Notes under the pieces: generated by a model | Seen by the model: the letters and a program-made list of their open reading frames with translations, nothing else | Database searches by the model: none | What the model was told of the DNA's origin: nothing | Position numbers and translations under genes: made by a program | Assembly (NCBI RefSeq): GCF_963676685.1 | Contig: NC_092344.1 | Location: 18,476,001 to 18,540,000, forward strand | Direction: 5' to 3' | Length of the DNA stretch: 64,000 nucleotides | DNA from: Mytilus edulis | Taxonomy: Eukaryota | Part shown: piece after piece, positions 51,453 to 64,000 of the stretch | How the letters are laid out: every line of letters begins with the position of its first letter | Numbering within the stretch: position 1 is the stretch's first letter

Positions 51453-52595
51453 ATGCTACTATAGACCGTATACCTAATGGATTGGAAACATTTGAAATTG
51501 TGATTTTCTTTCCTTGTAAGAACCAATGTTTATCAAAAGTAACCACCAGTTTTTGTCTCGTCTTGCATTTAGGCGAGAAGCTAACCTGGCAGCAATGGTG
51601 TATACTATTTGTATAAAGCTTTCAGCAGAAGGTTGTACTCCATACCCTGGCTACAGATGCTGTTTGCTGCTAGAAACTAGACAACCATCAATCATATCTT
51701 GGAGATTTTTTAAATGTATTGGCCAAGAAATGTAAAATGAAGAGGACTAACAAATGGATGGGCCATTTCTATATATCTCATGATACATTTTGTGGAGAGA
51801 GCTTTGCTTTAATAGATCTTTATATGATATCCCAATGAATAAAATATGTTTAGAATCAAATCAACTATATCTGATAATCTTTTGGTATCAAAAACTAAAA
51901 TGACATCAATTATTATTATTTACTTTTATTCATTGTCTTCATAGCATATAACAATCAAACATTAAACTAAAAATCAATGTCAAGTTCCCTGCAAATATGA
52001 AAACAAAATCAATCACAGAAAGTACCATTTATAGTTATAGTTATCTTTTTAGTTGGGAAAAGAAGTCTCCATTGATGTCATCAAGACATCTACATGAACA
52101 TCATGTTTGTTCTTTATTAACACTTAATTATTTTTTCAATATTATGTGCTGTTTCTGGATATTAAGCAACAACCAACAACAATTAATCAATCAATCAAAG
52201 GTAATTTCATTTTAAAATATAACTTTAAATGCCTTTCCATGAGAAGGGTTTAAACTCACATTCTCAAACATACAATTCCATTATAAATAAACAAAATGTA
52301 AAAAAAATCCTGAATAATTAAAGTTAATATTTTCAGATCTCACAACAAATAAATGCTTCTTATTTCGTGAAACTATTGTTTTATCAGAAATGTAAAAATA
52401 TCATAATTAAATTCAGAAAGAAATATATGGTATTTAATTCTTGATCTTGATGTGTAGGTAATCAATAAAATCAAACTTGTTTGTTTGTTAACTGAACATG
52501 AATTTGTTTTATTAGGTATGAAAAATACAAAACATTTGAACAATGAAACTGAATCTACATACATCATTAACTTAATATCTTATATTTATAGTCTA

Positions 52596-52850
52596 AGATT
52601 ATCATTGGTGATCTCAACAAGATTGATTTTCGTGCTTATGCCAGTACGGCGAAAGTGAGAAAAGCAATCATGTTGAGATGACCAATGATAATCTGTTTAT
52701 CGCTATTTTACCTATGATGACTTTGTTAATTTCATGGACAACGGCACTTGCACTCTTAGTTTCTAGCAATAATTTTGTATATCACTATTCTGTACTGAGT
52801 AAGAATTTATCAGTCAGTAAGATCAAGAGTAAATGCTTAATGAGCGATAA
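52596..52850. mobile_element. Hairpin-bearing dispersed element, copy 2 (inverted relative to copy 1)
   Basis: agattatcattggtgatctcaac...gttgagatgaccaatgataatctgtttatcgctattttacctatga is the reverse complement of ~49895-50016. Confidence 0.7.
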
Positions 52851-53334
52851 TCAATTTTAATGCTCTGATTGTTTGTGTATATTTGGCATTCTATACTTTC
52901 TACATTGATGCAAGTCATAAGACTCATAACAGAAATGTGTTACGACAAATCTGAGTTAAAGAGTAAAAAATACTGTTTAATAAATTATGATAAAATATAA
53001 GTACTGCGATGTGCTTGTAAATTTATCAATCATTTGTTCCAAACACTAATGAAAATCTTTATTATGAGGTAGAATGAAACAGAATTAATTTCAGGATAAT
53101 TTCCTCAACAATATTATCATCATTGTTCACCAAGAGCAGTTCTGGGAAAAGAAATCATTGTACAACTCTTGAACATCATCTCCAGTAAATAAAAACTATT
53201 TTCAACAATTTAATGCCCATGATGTTATGTTTATATAAATGATCCAAATATTGGCTTGGTGGTTGGTAGAATCTTCAAATAAATAACATGCAAAGAATTC
53301 CAAGAAACATATATTACATGACATGATATTCTTA

Positions 53335-53601
53335 CAGCAGGTTCCATTGAGTGTGTAAACAAAGGTAATATCTATGATTAGCTTGCTTGTTAGCTGGACC
53401 GTGAAGTCATTGTTAGGTTAGGTAAACTACCCTACTTTAAGAGTAGACTAGTCTGACAGAAAACAAATCGATCTGTCTGTTGGACTATGGTACTTTGAAA
53501 GGAGGGTAGTATACCTGACCTAATAATGACTTCACGGTTCAGCTAACAAGCAAGCTAACCAAAAATATTACCTTTTGCTACACACTCAATGGAATCCGCT
53601 G
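53335..53601. mobile_element. Near-palindromic 267-bp MITE (copy 3, inverted, independent insertion)
   Basis: TA|cagcaggttccattgagtgtg...cacactcaatggaatccgctg|TA; the interior is the reverse complement of 15304-15570 and the flanks are unrelated. Confidence 0.85.
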
Positions 53602-53982
53602 TAATTTTATGTGAAGCACAAGCTTCCAGTGAAAAATCAACCAAGTCAAACAATGTGATTTCAAATATCTTGATATTGTCAAGTCAAATGCGATGGAATT
53701 ACAATAAATAATTTCCATCCTAATAATCTGCTATTTAGTATAGAACTTCACAATGTTTTTATCACTCTCTATCTCTTTCTTGTACAAGGCCTAAAAATAC
53801 AATTCAACAATAAAAAACTCATTTTATATAAAAATGTTGTTTTTCATGCTTCCTCCCTCTTGATAACATTGTCAGACTTTTCTTGGTAGAGCTCTATATA
53901 ATTATAATCATTTGTATTTGGTTGAAGTGAAGGTCACACAATGATTCCAATATGAGATTAAAGCTTTGACTATCACTAGATA

Positions 53983-62004
<8,022 letters not shown>

Positions 62005-62312
62005 ATTGGACAACTAGTTTCTATTTTTTCACTTATTTTCGGATTTTACGAAACTTCCGGCTGTTTTGTGTATTGCTGTAGCTTTACATATTAGCATGCA
62101 AGATTGGTGATGACAAAAAAAGCGATACACTCCAATACACTTTATTGATATTTTGCATTATGCTAGGGAATTTAGTGCTGTTTAGTTATGGATATGAAAC
62201 TTAAGTGAATTTTCCAAAGGACGAGTGTAATAAGAATCTGTTTGGATTTCAGAAATGTTGACAGATGACCATTCAAATAGTCTGTTGAAAGGTCAACAAG
62301 ATCTTTTTCAAC
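62005..62312. promoter_or_regulatory. Bidirectional promoter region between FDX2 and CACHD1
   Basis: 308 bp separate the divergent ATGs. ETS-type acttccgg at 62053-62060; YY1/Kozak-like aacatggcg over the CACHD1 ATG. Confidence 0.65.
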
Positions 62313-62609
62313 ATGGCGACCTGTAATCAAAATAGAATTTTAGTTTGTCTTTGTATTTTTATAACAGCCAATTTGACGTTTGTCAGATCTGATAGTACTA
62401 AAAAACGTGATGTGTACAATTATAATGATAAACTTGAACAGGAGGCTTTCAAAGCACTATTCTCTGCTGGTGGATATTTCTCTGACACAAGGCAAGAACC
62501 AGTTGACCCTAAAATTTTAGGTGGAATAAGAATTCAGATAGAAGCTTTGAAGTTGTGGTCTCAATTAAGACAAACAGCAAATGTTGAATTAGGGATTCCG
62601 CAAATGCAG
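62313..62609 (+). CDS. CACHD1: First coding exon of a VWFA and cache domain-containing protein 1 (CACHD1-like); gene continues beyond the window
   Basis: Signal peptide (ILVCLCIFITANLTFVRS). Exon ends EALKLWSQLRQTANVELGIPQMQ|gtagg, which resembles the CACHD1 N-terminal EAxxLAxQMRRLAxEELGVxxMQ segment as recalled. Neighbourhood with ROR and UBE2U supports the call. Confidence 0.72.
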
Positions 62610-63491
62610 GTAGGCTACATGTATTTGAAAAAAAGTCTTGAGATCCTGTAATTAAAAGCTTCTTACATGAACATGTATAAATATTTTTTTCTTAGAATGA
62701 TAAATGAACATGAATGACTTGTCTGAGTTGTCCCTAGTGTACGAAACTGGTTGACAGGTCCGTTCACCCAGATTAAACATGTTCGCCCTGAAACTGATCG
62801 CAATGAGTTCATTCACCTCTAGAGGAGGGTGGTAATGCCCTTTTACGTCGGGCGTCAAACAGTTATTTTCGGCTACCATTAGCGTCAAATTGGTAAAATT
62901 TTACTGTGATTCGTCAAAGGTCTCAAATAATTATCATTACTGTTATTTTGGAAAAAAATTAACTTCGTTCATCAAAATCATTTCGTCTTAAAGAAAGTGT
63001 ACATTTTATTGTCATGCACTAAAAATGACCGTTAATGTCATTTGGCAAGAATTTTTATGGTTATACGTCATGAAAGTACCCCCAATACTACCATTATAAA
63101 GTCTGCTCGCGCTGGATTCCTTCTCACTACTTTTATTAATGAAATATTAATATTATGGGTATTACAGTTAAATAAACCTTATTCAGATTTTTATATGGTA
63201 TGAATTCTTGAAAATTCACAAAACACATGGAAATAACTAAAAGTTGGCTTGTTTTGGCGCATTAATATGTCATAATAATAGTTCTCACTGATCACTGTAA
63301 TTAAATTATTTGGTTGCAGCAATTCCAATATTTGGCAAATTTTCAAAAAAACTCCAATATATTCTGTTCCAATAATAAACATTAATATGCAACTAGACAA
63401 CAGTAAAAAAAAAAAGAGCAAATGAAACCTGGGCAAACCGGTACATTTATTTTGGTGAACAGGTACTAGGACGAGCCTGAATCAGGGTGAA

Positions 63492-63970
63492 CAATAAAAT
63501 TGAGAATGGAAATGGGGAATGTGCCAAAGAGACAACAACCCGACCATAGAGCAGACAACAGCAGAAAGTCACCAACAGGTCTTCAATGCAACAAGAAATT
63601 CTCGCACCCGGAGGCGTCCTTCAGCTGGCCCCTAAACAAATATATACTGGTTCAGTGATAATGAACACCATACTAAACTCCAAATTGTACACAAGAAACT
63701 AAGACCTAAAATGATACAAGACTAACAAAGGCCAGAGGCTCCTGACTTGGGACAGGCGCAAAAATGTGGCGGGGTTAAACATGTTTGTGAGATCTCAACC
63801 CTCCCCCTATACCTCTAGCCAATGCAGAAAAGTAAACACATAACAATACGCACATTAAAATTCAGTTCAAGAGAAGTCCGAGTCTGATGTCAGAAGATGT
63901 AACCAAAGAAAATAAACAAAATGACAATAATACATAAATAACAACAGACTACTAGCAGTTAACTGACATG
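63492..63970 (-). mobile_element. Long copy of the dispersed SINE-like repeat
   Basis: Contains the reverse complement of 20950-21143 and of the cccaagtcaggagcct core. Confidence 0.7.
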
Positions 63971-64000
63971 TGTTCATGAATCTGTGTCTGTTCGCTCAAA

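Overview
AT-rich eukaryotic genomic DNA, most likely from a bivalve mollusc (Mytilus-like, inferred from the repeat landscape). Reading GT-AG exons by hand gives five intron-containing genes in strictly alternating orientation: ROR receptor tyrosine kinase (+, 5' end outside the window), ZGLP1-like GATA zinc finger (-), UBE2U-like E2 enzyme (+), mitochondrial ferredoxin FDX2 (-) and the first coding exon of CACHD1 (+). The main observation is that this order interleaves two separate human gene blocks: ROR1-UBE2U-CACHD1(-RAVER2-JAK1) on 1p31 and ZGLP1-FDX2(-RAVER1-TYK2) on 19p13. The window therefore looks like a surviving pre-genome-duplication bilaterian microsynteny block. It contains two head-to-head pairs, ZGLP1/UBE2U (both germline-associated in mammals) and FDX2/CACHD1. 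Non-coding DNA holds a 45-bp satellite with a 1606-bp higher-order duplication, Helentron-type non-autonomous elements (one with ~500-bp internal tandem units), several MITE/foldback elements, tRNA-derived SINEs, a truncated LINE and a Penelope-like relic. Gene names come from motif recognition from memory; no database search was run.
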